Shown: positions 1 to 12,947 of the stretch, one piece after another
Position numbering within the stretch: the first letter of the stretch is position 1
Layout: each line of letters starts with the position of its first letter
From: Nemertoderma westbladi
Lineage: Eukaryota > Animalia > Xenacoelomorpha
NCBI GenBank assembly: GCA_032718475.1
Contig: JAUCBJ010006320.1
Coordinates: forward strand, 1 to 35,515
DNA: 35,515 nucleotides
Reading direction: 5' to 3'
Position numbers and translations under genes: made by a program
Notes under the pieces: model-generated
What the model saw: only the letters and a program-made list of their open reading frames with translations
What the model was told of the DNA's origin: nothing
Databases searched by the model: none

Positions 1-469
1 GATAATATCTTAACTAATCAATTCTGCTTGAATGACTTAGATTATTCATTAAAGATAACCTCTAACAAATCATTTATTCATTCGAAAATGAAACGCAATG
101 TGTTTGCAAGATGTCAGATTGGGGGTGCAACATATGTTGGAATTCAAGAAAAGGATTGTTATACATGGATAGACAATCACGGGTATGTAATACAAGGAAT
201 AAATGTTTACGCCGCATTCACATTTACAGATATTTCGCAATGGTCATTGTTATAGTAATTGTGAAATCTACTTGAAGCCTTCTTCTGACTATTGGATATA
301 TTTCTTAATAAGTAGCCTCATGCGGTACATTATTCAAGCTGATGTAACACGTCGGAAGTCGGATTTGCACATTTTTAAGCCCAATCATTATGGGTTGGTA
401 TAATTATCTCTTCCCTGTGTTTCGTTTGTTGTGATATAATTTTTTCTACACTGAACAGCTCAGTCCATG

Positions 470-2157
470 TATCGAACCTGGGTGGAACTAGGCTGCAGCA
501 TTTAAAGCACTGCGACCAAACATTGCTGCACAGTCTTGGATTCGATCCTGGGTGGAAGTAGGCTGCAGTATTTAAGGCACTGCGACCAAACATTGCTGCA
601 CAGTCTTGGAATCGATCATGGTTGGAGTTACGCTGAATTTGAAGTAATGCGACCAAACAGTGCTGCACAGTCTTGGAATAGAACCTGGGTGAAGATACAC
701 TGAATTTGAAGCAGTGCGACCAAACAGTGCTGCACAGTCTTGGAAGCGATCCTGGGTGGAACTAGGCTGCAGTATTTTAAGCACTGCGACCAAACAGTGC
801 AGCACAGTCTTGGAATCTATCCTGGATGGAACTAGACTGCAGTATTTGAAGCACTGCGACCAAGCAGTGCTGCACAGTCTTGGAATAGAACCTAGTTGGA
901 TTGACGCTAAATTTGAAGCACTGTGACCAAACAGTGCTGCACAGTCTTGGAATAGAACCGGGGTGGTCTTACGCTGAATTTGAAGCAATGCGACCAAACA
1001 GTGCTGCACAGTCTTGGAATAGAACCTGGGTGAAGATACGCTGAATTTGAAGCAGTGCGACCAAACAGTGCTGCACAGTCTTGGAATAGAACCGGGGTGG
1101 TCTTACGCTGAATTTGAAGCAATGCGACCAAACAGTGCTGCACAGTCTTGGAATAGAACCTGGGTGAAGATACGCTGAATTTGAAGCAATGCGACCAAAC
1201 AGTGCTGCACAGTCTTGGAATGGAACCTGGGTGAAGATACGCTGAATTTGAAGCAGTGCGACCAAACAGTGCTGCACAGTCTTGGAATAGAACCGGGGTG
1301 GTCTTACGCTGAATTTGAAGCAATGCGACCAAACAGTGCTGCACAGTCTTGGAATAGAACCTGGGTGAAGATACGCTGAATTTGAAGCAATGCGACCAAA
1401 CAGTGCTGCACAGTCTTGGAATAGAACCTGGGTGAAGATACGCTGAATTTGAAGCAGTGCGACCAAACAGTGCTGCACAGTCTTGGAAGCGATCCTGGGT
1501 GGAACTAGGCTGCAGTATTTTAAGCACTGCGACCAAACAGTGCAGCACAGTCTTGGAATCTATCCTGGATGGAACTAGACTGCAGTATTTGAAGCACTGC
1601 GACCAAGCAGTGCTGCACAGTCTTGGAATAGAACCTAGTTGGATTGACGCTAAATTTGAAGCACTGTGACCAAACAGTGCTGCACAGTCTTGGAATAGAA
1701 CCGGGGTGGTCTTACGCTGAATTTGAAGCAATGCGACCAAACAGTGCTGCACAGTCTTGGAATAGAACCGGGGTGGTCTTACGCTGAATTTGAAGCAATG
1801 CGACCAAACAGTGCTGCACAGTCTTGGAATAGAACCTGGGTGAAGATACGCTGAATTTGAAGAAGTGCGACCAAACAGTGCTGCACAGTCTTGGAATAGA
1901 ACCGGGGTGGTCTTACGCTGAATTTGAAGCAATGCGACCAAACAGTGCTGCACAGTCTTGGAATAGAACCTGGGTGAAGATACGCTGAATTTGAAGCAGT
2001 GCGACCAAATAGTGCTGCAGTCTTGGAAGCGATCCTGGGTGGAACTAGGCTGCAGTATTTGAAGCACTGCGACCAAACAGTGCTACACGGACTGCTTGGA
2101 ATAGAACCTAGTTGGATTGACGCTAAATTTGAACCACTGTTCCCAAACAGTGCTGCT
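470..2157. repeat. 67/70-bp minisatellite (~25 units) with higher-order structure
   Basis: Conserved core GCGACCAAACAGTGCTGCACAGTCTTGGAA recurs every 67 bp (e.g. 990, 1057) or 70 bp, with about five recurring variant halves. An identical block repeats at a 743-bp offset (identical ORFs at 714 and 1457). Confidence 0.95.
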
Positions 2158-2649
2158 CCCTACAAGGATTGAATCCGGTCTTGATTGAATCCACGAATCC
2201 ACCAACTAACTGGTCTGTCTAATTTATTATTTCTATATGATGTTATGAAGAATAAAAATTGACTTATCAACAGTTATGCAGAGCAAAGTAACTTAGCAAC
2301 GACTGAACGACAGTGTTCAAATTTCATAATACGTATTAAAAATATAACTCCTGGGAATTCTTAACAAGTTTTGAAGCAGAAATAATTTTATTAGAGACGC
2401 TGTGTGACTAACGTGAATGTCAAACAGCGACGTACGTGACAAAATGTGCCACCCCGACAGAGAAAAACAGAGTAATTGTTTCTAAACATGAGGCGTGTAA
2501 AATGCGTTCCATCATTAAATATTTAAGGTTGGTATCTCTGCTAGATATTCGTGCGGTTAACCACACACAGAATTAGCTCCATTTGCTAACCATTTCGTTG
2601 GAAGCTCTAGGGGGTGAGTAATATAATGTCGTTAATCACTATGGATTAC

Positions 2650-5322
2650 GCGCAGGCATTAATGACTCTGTGTGTGCAAATACTTCTGGGTTCCTTACTG
2701 TCTGTGTATACTAGCCATATAATGCTACACGTACGCCAATAACTACACACAATAAACGGACAATTATTGATTCTACTTGGAAACAATACAAAATAGCCAA
2801 AATACCAGAAAAATTCAATCGATGTGATGTCATATTCAAATTATAGAAGTAGTACAAGATACTAGTGTTTAGGCGTATTCATATGTTAATAACAACAAAT
2901 TATAGAAGTAGTACAAGATACTAGTGTTTAGGCGTATTCATATGTTAATAACAACAAATTATTTAAGTAGTACAAGATACTAGTGTTTAGGCGTATTCAT
3001 ATGTTAATAACAACAAACTATTTAAGAAAGCTGCATGGAGTACATTATGAATCTGAATACAATTTTTTGTTGAGAACATCGTCGTCTTTAATATCATGCG
3101 GAACGGATCCTATTGGTGACCTCGATGTTAAAGTCCGCTCTATAATAATTTCGACAAACAGCTCTCAGTTATTAGTAGTGCCATCCCATGACTGCCACTA
3201 TGCCATATGCATGCATGTATATTATATATTTAATTATATGGTCAGAGATTCCCAAACACATTTAATTCTTTCATACCAAATAGTACGTATCTGAAAGAAC
3301 TTAGTTTTAGATTCATGAAAAACTCAACAAATTCAAACGGAGTTGTTGCAATTGAACATGAACACAGTGATAAAAAGAGCCACACATATTCATAAATACT
3401 TACAGTTTTGTGTTTTTTTCACTTACTGGTCTGTATGTATGCTTTACTAGTTATATGTATACTTATTTATCAAATATATTTATATGTACGCAATTATTAT
3501 TAAATTAAATGTTATTTGCAGCTGAAAATGACTCCCTGAATATGCGTAATATTCCAGGGTGGAACGAGAATGTACGAAATTTTAAAAATTCTACGAAAAG
3601 TTCGAACATTCTCGAATGGTTTTTAAGCAGTGAAGAGATGCAGGCTCGCCCCATCAGGATGAACTGCATCGGCAGTATCTTAAAAGTAAGGCGTCTTTCA
3701 AAAGATCCTTACGTCAGTGTTAGAGAAATACGGCTGCTTTTAAAGCAGATAAACTGGCATCCTCACATTTAGAGAAGGATAGTCGTGATTTTTGGAACAA
3801 TGTTAAAAAGGAAAATAATATTAATGTGCCATTACCTAATGTTGTTGGTGGTGCGGTCGGTGCAAAACAAATATGCAATATGTTTAAAGATTCTTATTCC
3901 GAATTATTTAATTGTAATTCTTCAAATAATGAATTTCATATACGTAGTGTAGATGAGCCTTTATCCCATACTAATTTCTCCTCAGATATGATTATTAGTC
4001 CTGAGGAAATAAGTTGTGCAATTTCCAATCTTAAGGCTGGTAAAGCAGCTGGACCTGGTGGAATTAGTGCCGAGAATTTTATATTTGGTGAATGCGATAT
4101 ACTTAATGTTCTATTGTCCATCATTCTATGTACAATAAATCTCCATGGTTACCTTTCTGATAGCTTAATACATAATCATTCTTGTGCCTATAATTTAGGA
4201 TAAAAACAGCCCCATTGATGATAAAGGTAACTATCGACCGATAGCGTTGTCTGATATCTTTGGCAAATTATTCGAATATATTTTATTTGCTCGTATTGAA
4301 TCGTTTTTGATTACAAGTGATTTCGAGTTTTCGTTTAAGTCAAAGAGTGGTACCGAATTATGTGTTTATAGCTTAAAAGAGGTTATAGATTACTATCTTC
4401 ACAATGCTTCATCTGTTTATGTATGCTTTCTTGATGCTAGTAAGGCATTTGATAGAATAGTTCATGATAAACTCTTTCACAAATTATTAGATAGGAATAT
4501 ACCATTATATAGTGTTAGAACTTTAGTTTACTGGTATCGGTTTCAAACTCTACAGGTCAAATAGGGATTTTTAATGTGTATATGGATAATTTATCGGATA
4601 TACTATTATGCACTAATGTTGGATGCATGTTTGATGGTTCTAGAATTAACCATCTCATTTACGCTGACGACATCTGTTTATTATCTAACTCTGCCGTAGG
4701 TTTACAATTACTAATAAATACGTGTTTTGATTACAGTATCAGCCACAGTATTTTGTTTAACCTAAAGAAATCAAAGGTTATGTTTTTCAATCACCGTTCG
4801 AGCAACCTAGTTAATATGGCACCTATGTATTTACACGATAGAGTAATTTCTAGAACCGATAAATATATTTACTTAGGGCACGTCATTCATGAAAGTAGAG
4901 ATGATGATTACGATATCAAGAATGTAACTAGAGGCTTATATGCACGTGCAAATACATTATGTAGGAAATTTGGTAACTGTACGAACTCCGTGAAACTTAC
5001 ACTTTTTAGGTCATATATCACTCCACTATATTGTAACGCTTTATGGTCGTCTTTGAATTATTCTGAATATGTATATAACCGTCTTAAGGTTGCTTATAAT
5101 TCGGCTGCACGTATGTTTTCCAAATTGCCTTTCCGTTCTAGTATGTCATTATTTTTTGGTTTAACAATATACCGTGTTTCATTCACATTCGATATAGATC
5201 TATACAAAGTTTGTACAATAGGGTTAATGTATAATATTGTTTCACGGGTTAATAGGTGCACAATACATAGTTCTAGGATCTTCAATAACATATTTGTCAA
5301 TAATAATTTACATACAGTATAG
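2650..5322 (+). pseudogene. Degenerate non-LTR retrotransposon ORF2 (reverse transcriptase), RTE-X-like
   Basis: Broken frames carry IPGWNE (~3550), LKAGKAAGPGGISAE, NYRPIAL (~4229), CFLDASKAFDRIVH, NVYMDNLS, HLIYADDICLL, YIYLGHVI and a C-terminal LYARANTLCRKF...KLTLFRSY..PLY...LW segment. There are stops and frameshifts. The 5' boundary is uncertain and the clade call is from memory of motif style. Confidence 0.85.
2837..3026. repeat. 59-bp tandem repeat, ~3.2 copies
   Basis: CAAATTAT...AGTAGTACAAGATACTAGTGTTTAGGCGTATTCATATGTTAATAACAA starts at 2837, 2896 and 2955. Confidence 0.9.
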
Positions 5323-5955
5323 TCGCTTAACGACGATAATATCCAACAGTATTACATTATACAACTTCTCCTATGTGCTATTAATTATTATTATGGGTTG
5401 ATGTTAATTTTAATATTAATTGTTAGTAGTAGTAGTCGAACGGTTATGCGGCCCGTCCAGCCTATAATAAACACAATTCAGTGAAGTGATTCAGCGCAAA
5501 CAATAATAATTAATTAATAATAATATCTAATAGAATACCCATAAGCACAAAAGTCCAAAAATAATTACTTTAAGGGGGGAAAAAATAAATTTATGTTATT
5601 ATAACTTGTTACTCATTCAAAAAATATTCTAAAACATCATCTATTAAATTGCACAATACTTTAAGTCATCATTTAGGAAAAGATCAGATAAATTTAGATA
5701 GTTAATCACAGAATATTTGTCACGAAAACTTTGAGTTAAGGGGCAAAACAAAACAGCATGTGTTTCATCTTGAACTGAATGACCGTCGCAGGAGCAAACA
5801 CGCTGTTACCTGGAATAAAGTATAAATATAAAATATTTATCGTATAACATAAGTTTCATGTTACTTTTGTGTAAAATAATAACGAATACAGGGATTTATT
5901 AGATACATTCATGACATTATATTATCTATCAAATATAATAAAACTGTGCTTGTGC

Positions 5956-6366
5956 GATGTCACCGATATACCCCGAATATGGGGGATATTAATGGAGTTA
6001 TCAACAATGTCCAGCAGCTACTGATGTCACCCACTGACTCCCCCCATATTAATGGAGTTATCAACAATGTCCAGCAGCTACTGATGTCACCGACTCCCCC
6101 CATATTAATGGAGTTATCAACAATGTCCAGCAGCTACTGATGTCACCGACTCCCCCCATATTAATGGAGTTATCAACAATGTCCAGGAGCTACTGATGTC
6201 ACCGACTCCCCCATATTAATGGAGTTATCAACAATGTCCAGCAGCTACTGATGTCACCGACTCCCCCCATATTAATGGAGTTATCAACAATGTCCAGCAG
6301 CTACTGATGTCACCGACTGACTCCCCCATATTAATGGAGTTATCAACAATGTCCAGCATCTACTGA
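5956..6366. repeat. ~56-bp minisatellite, 7 copies
   Basis: Unit GATGTCACCGACTCCCCCCATATTAATGGAGTTATCAACAATGTCCAGCAGCTACT with C-run length variation. Confidence 0.95.
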
Positions 6367-6589
6367 TTTTCATGCGAAGAATTTATAAACCCGGTACAGT
6401 CTTTGTATATTTGTTTAGTCATGCATGCCAAACAAACATACCGTTAATGGCGGTTCACAAACACTGCCCCGAAGTTTCAGCTTCGAAGAAAAATAATACC
6501 CAATTTGTTTAAGTAGATTTCCGGAAAAAGGTAAGAAGACTTATTGCAAAATAAACAGCCATATAATCTGTTTCTATGACTAAGACTTT

Positions 6590-7201
6590 CACTGTTCTCT
6601 AATGGAACAGTGACTACTGTTGACGGTGACACAGAATAATCGGTTATGGGGATTCAGGGAGACACACTTGCGCCATTCTTGTTCATAATTGTGGTTTAAC
6701 TATATTCTACGCATGTCCTTAGATCATCATAATGATGAGGGGGTGATGATAACTCCACTCCTCTATGGGAGTCCATGCTGGGCTCTAACTGCTGAGGACA
6801 CCAAATCTCTGGATGGCACATTCACAAGAATGCTACGCCGGGTTCATTGTGTCAAGTACAATGCACACATCTCCAACCAGACACTATACAACATTGGAGG
6901 TGTCTCATTGGTTCCCCCAAGCTTGACCCTAGAACAAAGTCGCCTCCGCTTTGCAGGACATTGCTTTCGCCGTGAGGACAAGCCAGTGCATAATCATGTG
7001 CTTTGGCAGCCTCATGTAGTGACTAAGCATGGTGGACAGACCAAGACTTTCTTGAGACGCATCTTAAAGGATACTGGCCTTGAATATGCGGATGATCTAG
7101 CAAATGTCATGGGTGATAGTGGCAGCGCGATTTTGTCGACAGGCCGGCACAGCATTCTTAAAAATGCAGCTGCAATGCAGCATATCGATCCTAGTAGTAG
7201 T
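6590..7201 (+). pseudogene. Internally deleted RTE-clade LINE fragment (RT motif 4 plus C-terminal domain)
   Basis: QGDTLAPFLFIIV at ~6655 is joined almost directly to LLYGSPCWALT...LDGTFTRMLRRV...RLRFAGHCFR...LWQP. The YADD region is missing. The fragment ends in a short (TAG)n tract near 7192-7200. Confidence 0.8.
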
Positions 7202-9089
7202 TCTAATGGAGCAGGTTACCTTGAACTGTAATCAGAAACACTGCAGGTTGACTATTGTTTACATCAGACGGGAGAGTTTTCAGACGAAGAATCCGTCCAG
7301 CATCTCACCATTATTCGAATAGCGATCTCCCGTTTTACGTTTTTTTCGCGACATGTTTTCGGTATGCAATTAAAGTTTAGGCACTGTAAGTAGTATTTAT
7401 TTTATTATTGTAAGTAGTTTGAATTTATTGTATTTATTCTGTATTAACTATCTCCATTTTTGTTGAGACATTTGGGATTTACACGGAGGGATTTTGATTT
7501 TGCCGGCGAATGCCTACAGTAGGCCCCTATTATATGTAACATCACAATATCGGAGGGTCGATAGTTTTTTTACTTATTTTTTACTTATTTTTACTATATC
7601 TTTACAAGTTGACACAAATAAACACGCATATTCACGAAAACTTTGTTAGTCTATTTGTCTAGACGCATATTATCGTATGTGAAACGGAAATCGATTGTAA
7701 CCAAGTCAGGTTAGGTCCTAAATAGTTTGTGTATTAGGGCCAGTTAGAAGGTGAACTTTACAACCAACAACCAAAAGAACAGAAATTAGGCCTACATTGA
7801 GTTCAAGCCCTACGGAATGTATTTATTTACATACATACTTTAGTTTAGTAGCGTTTTATGGTCTGGTGGTGTTTAAATTGCGCTTATTAATTGGTTATTG
7901 TGTCAGCAGACCAGACCCAGACAGTTAGTAGGCCCTATTGTTGGGCCAAATTATCAAGCAAGTATATTTACTCCTGTACGAACAGAGAAGATGTTGAGCT
8001 ATCATTTACTTTCACTAAACACAAAAATTGATGATTTATTTACTTATCCAATATTGTTGTTTCTGATGGTAATTTAAGTTTAGTAGGATAGACTGCCAAC
8101 AGAGTAACTAGATAGTGTAACTTGACGGCCAAATATATCAAATAAACTACAATTAGATAGTGTGATACCGATGAAGTTGGCAGAATGCGGTGGGGGTGGA
8201 TTTTAGATAAACACAATGTTAAGTAACAGGTGCATGAACCTGATATTTAGTAAGTTAAATTAATGTAGGGAGGAAGGTCAACCTGTATTAGGACACTATA
8301 TTCCAGGACTTATATTTCAATTTTTTTTATTCCGACAATCCTGTCCCTTTTAAATACACGGGAGTCGGTGTCGGAATATAATTATAATCTGTTGTAGCGG
8401 TAACTACTCCACATCCACTACTCGAGGCCTAAAGCTATGTTGTAGATATTATTATTATTATTAATCACGTCAAGTTGTAAATATTTTATTTAACAAAATA
8501 CTAAAAAATGACAAAATGGTTTGCAGCTGGACGAGTTTAATTAAATTAAATTGAATTTTGTTGTTGGGAACCAAAAGACAGGACAGCAACTGACATGTGA
8601 CATGACTACAACTGGCTCAGTAATTATCCGACTTACACAGTAAATCGATAGAGTATTATATTGTAAAAGATAATGATTACGGTGTAAATAGGCCTACTCA
8701 GTAGGAAAGACTTCAGTAATCCACTCTCCATGTATTTATAGGAAGCCGTTTACACAATAGCCAAGCCTAGTGGATTGTGAGAACATATTACTTTCAATTA
8801 ATCAGCTTATGGTAATATTATGCTGAAAGTTTATAAAACATATTTTGCGCTAGAATTCAATCTTTTTGTTAATTTTGTTGACACTTTTTTGCGCGTTTTT
8901 TGTGGTGCAATAAGTCAGGGAAATATAAAAGGAATGCAGCAAAAGGTGAGAAAAACACAGCAGAAATAAAGACGTCAATTAACAAAATTTTTTATGTATT
9001 ATTCTAACGAAAATTATCCGTTAAGGAGTGCTTACTTTATTATATATTAAACAGTAGAGTCACAAAGTGCGATTTGGTGAGCGTTGGGC

Positions 9090-9720
9090 CTCTAAATTAC
9101 TTTACGTTAATAGACTAGATAAGGCAAAGGTGAGATAAATTGGCTTTATAAAATAACTTAAATTGGCCCCATAATAGCTAGTAAATAATGTTTGTTGTCC
9201 ATTCCACCCGCTAGAAAAACGGTAAGTCTTTTCATGCTGGAGTTTGTAAACAACAGAAAAGGGGAACCCGCCCAATTAGTGCACTGTGTGACATCGCAGG
9301 GGAATAAGTCGCAAAGAAGGGCTAAGGAATTAATAGCAGTTTGTAGCCCGAGGGTAGGACACCTCAGTATGCGAGGCTCGGCCCGACCCGGCCCGGCCCC
9401 AGTTCCTATAGAGGAGAGGTCACCCAACCACGGAGCCCCCCTCCCGGTTCGCCCAACAGCTACCGCGCCTCGTTAATTCTGGTTGCCACATTGTTTCCCC
9501 ACATTGGGATGCCACAGGCGCAACACCTACATTGTGCAATGCTGCTTTGAAAACAACGCCGCTATACAGCAATTACGTTGTAGGGCAACATGATTGGGGC
9601 TCCTGCGCTCACCCAAAGGGCCCATTCCTTATGTTGCGAGCCCCAAACTCGCTGAAATTGGGTACCTAAATCAGGACGATAATACTCGTAAAGTGGCCTG
9701 ACAAGTTAAGCCTCGAGGGC
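9090..9720. promoter_or_regulatory. Candidate developmental enhancer (GC-rich unique non-coding island)
   Basis: CpG-rich, non-repetitive, no credible ORF; clustered TAAT/ATTA, TTTAT and CCATAA motifs; located in the FoxG 3' gene desert. Inference only. Confidence 0.3.
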
Positions 9721-9980
9721 CAAGAACAACCAGTGTTGTTTAAACTCTGTGTTTCTTTACTTAATTGGAATTTATGGACCTCCGCTTGTTAATCTGTACT
9801 TTTTGATGAGAAGCAATCCAAGCGATCCATTTGATTCATACATAAGATTTACTAATATCTTTTGTTGTATTCAAAATGAACTGTATTGTGAAAATTCGAA
9901 GAAAATACCAAGACCAGGAAATTTCGATAAATGAAACTGTAAGTTTTGCTGTATCATAAAGTTTAAACGGAGACTAATGA

Positions 9981-10373
9981 TAGACACGAAGTGGGGACTT
10001 CGCGCAGCACGAAGTTGGCAGAGCCTTAGCGAATTGACACTGTTAGGGGGTAGGTCAATTTATGCAAATAGTCACGTTGGCCCTCTAGCGGCAGACTGGA
10101 GAACTGCAGATGGATTCGCCTCCTTTGAAAGTCACAGCTAATGGTCTAATACATATCTGCCAAGTTTCAGCTTAAACGGATTAAAAGCAAAGAAATGGGA
10201 GGGCATTTAATGTTTAGACATGTGGCCCTCTAGCGGGAGACCATTGCACTGATGGTGTCTGAAAGTCTCTCAAAAATCTCAACTTTTGCTCATATTGATA
10301 CCTACAAATTTTCAACTTGGCAGCTTTAAATCCGACAAAGTTATTAGCATGTCAAAATCGTAACGACGACGAC

Positions 10374-10462
<89 letters not shown>

Positions 10463-10546
10463 CAACTATTTGCATAAATTGACCCACCCCCTAACAGTGT
10501 CAATTCGCTAAGGCTCCGCCAACTTCGTGGCTCGCCCCACAATAAA
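9981..10546 (-). mobile_element. Non-autonomous DNA element, Helentron-associated (HINE/DINE-1-like) architecture
   Basis: 65-bp inverted repeats at 10008-10072 and 10465-10529 with 2 mismatches; (GAC)n microsatellite beside one arm; terminal stem-loop CGAAGT-GGGG-ACTTCG at ~9987-10002; A/T-rich flank; no coding capacity. Confidence 0.7.
10363..10463. repeat. (GAC)n microsatellite
   Basis: About 33 GAC triplets with AAC interruptions. Confidence 0.97.
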
Positions 10547-11005
10547 TTACTGTTGGCCGGCTAAAGATAACGATTAATTCATATTACTGGGAGAGCTGAC
10601 TTTCGTCGTTTGGGAATTCATCATTAGCTTGGCTTGCATGAACTTGATGATCTTGCTATTATTGAATTACTGTACCTATTGAACTTTACAAATTCCACCA
10701 GTAAGTCTATAGGCCCGGCTACCAGTAGGCCTACTCTAGTGTATAATATGATTTAAAATTATGCTTTTAGGAAGGCGAACTACAGTATTTAATATCACCT
10801 ATAATGGTAGTATATTTAATCAATTAACTGTACCCAATTAAGGGTCTACATACAATTGTACAACTCCAGTATACAGTACGTAAATTAGACATGAATTTAT
10901 ACATTATTAAATACAATTACCGGATAATAATATAACAGAATGGAATATACAATGGAATGGAATAGAACAGAACAGAATATAATAGATAGTTAATGCTTTT
11001 ATGGT

Positions 11006-11934
11006 GACAGATAATGCCTATTGGGACAGATAATGCCTATTGGGACATATAGTGCCTATTGGGACAGATAATGCCTATTGGGACAGATAATGCCTATTGG
11101 GACATATAGTGCCTATTGGGATAGATAATGCCTATTGGGAGAGATATTGCTGCCTATTGGGACAGATAATGCCTATTGGGACAGATAATGCCTATTGGGA
11201 CATATAGTGCCTATTGGGATAGATAATGCCTATTGGGAGAGATATTGCTGCCTATTGGGACAGATAATGCTGCCTATTGGGACAGATAATGCCTATTGGG
11301 ACAGATAATGCCTATTGGGACAGATAATGCTTATTGGGACAGATAATGCTGCCTATTGGGACATATAATGCCTATTGGGACAGATAATGCCTATTGGGAC
11401 ATATAGTGCCTATTGGGACAGATAATGCAACCTATTGGGACAGATAATGCCTATTGGGACAGATAATGCTGCCTATTGGTACAGATAATGCAACCTATTG
11501 GGACATATAATGCCTATTGGGACAGATAATGCTGCCTTTGGGACAGATGATGCTGCCTATTGGGACAGATAATGCCTATTGGGACAGATGATGCCGCCTA
11601 TTGGGACAGATAATGCCTATTGGGACAGATAATGCCTATTGGGACATATAATGCCTATTGGGACAGATAATGCAACCTATTGGGACAGATAATGCCTATT
11701 GGGACATATAATGCCTATTGGGACAGATAATGCAACCTATTGGGACAGATAATGCCTATTGGGACAGATAATGCTGCCTATTGGGACATATAATGCAACC
11801 TATTGGGACATATATGTTGCTTATTGGGACCGATAATGCTGCCTTTTGGGACAGATAATGCCTATTGGGACAGGTAATGCCTATTGGGACAGATAATGCT
11901 GCCTATTGGGACAGATAATGCTGCCTATTGGGAC
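11006..11934. repeat. 19/22-bp minisatellite
   Basis: Unit GCCTATTGGGACAGATAAT, with 22-bp variants carrying an extra 3 nt (…ATAATGCTGCC… or …ATAATGCAACC…). Confidence 0.95.
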
Positions 11935-12947
11935 CTAACCAAGGGCAGATCGACGATCGTGTACTAAATGAGATTTCGTATTCTAGATAATTGGGAATCG
12001 GCACAATTCAATCATCTAATTATTTCACAGAAGTTTGAAAATCTTTCGAACGATGGATATAATGATGTGTTGATTTCTTTAAAGCAAAAAAAAAAACGAA
12101 AAACACTTTTCTGTAGAATTAATTGATGATATAATAAGCTCTGCCTGCAGAAAAACAGCAATTATTATTAAACAATAAAATAATTTAATATCATTATTGA
12201 GTATTATTTTGCTGGACATACAATAGAATTGCGATGCCATTATAGCCAGGCAGCACAATAACATCGACCAACAGGGTTCTGATTCTGCGACAATTGAGAA
12301 CTAGATCTGTTTACATGTCCTAATCAGATACAGAAAACACTTGAGCAAGTTAGATAACGAGATAAATTACTGTACCTTACCTAAACTAAATATATATACA
12401 TAACAAATAGTTAGTGAGTATTCGGAGTTAGTTAACGGGATTTCAAGGATTATTTCAGGACTCCGCCCTTATCCTTAGTGCAATCTTTATATCGCCAAGT
12501 ATTTTTTAGATATTTTACACAGGTTTAAAATCTTCTTAATATACACCATAACTCTTAATACAACAACCATTTTATTTAAGGGTTATTGGTGTATTGTCAT
12601 AACTATTGATAAAAATATGAAACGGGCGTATGGTTTGGAAATTTTGGAATTTTAACATTGAAGAATATTGTTTAATGTTTAGTATGGTGGCCCACAACTG
12701 ACAGGTAGAAACCAAAGTGATGCATATTCTATGTTGTGGTTTCTTTATTGACTTCCCTGGTTTCTCTATTGACTTTCCTGGCTTCTTTGTTGTCTGCTCT
12801 GCCTTGGATTCTTTGTTGTCTGCTCTGCCTTGCCTTGGCTTCTTTGTTGTCTCGCTCTGCTCTGCTTTTATGTTTTCCAACCTCTGCTTTTGATTTTCTG
12901 CATTGGCTTCTTCGTATTTTTCCACGGTTATTATTTCTTGGCCATGC

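Noticed and set aside
375-2076. Long ORFs of up to 389 aa
   Set aside because: Translations of the 67-bp minisatellite.
470-2157. CRISPR-like alternation of a constant repeat and variable segments
   Set aside because: The variable parts are homologous to each other and recur; there are no cas genes and the context is eukaryotic.
8327-8377. 10-bp inverted repeat TATTCCGACA/TGTCGGAATA
   Set aside because: Too short and isolated; no TSD or family evidence.
10312-10542. Poly-Asp and poly-Arg ORFs
   Set aside because: Products of the (GAC)n microsatellite.
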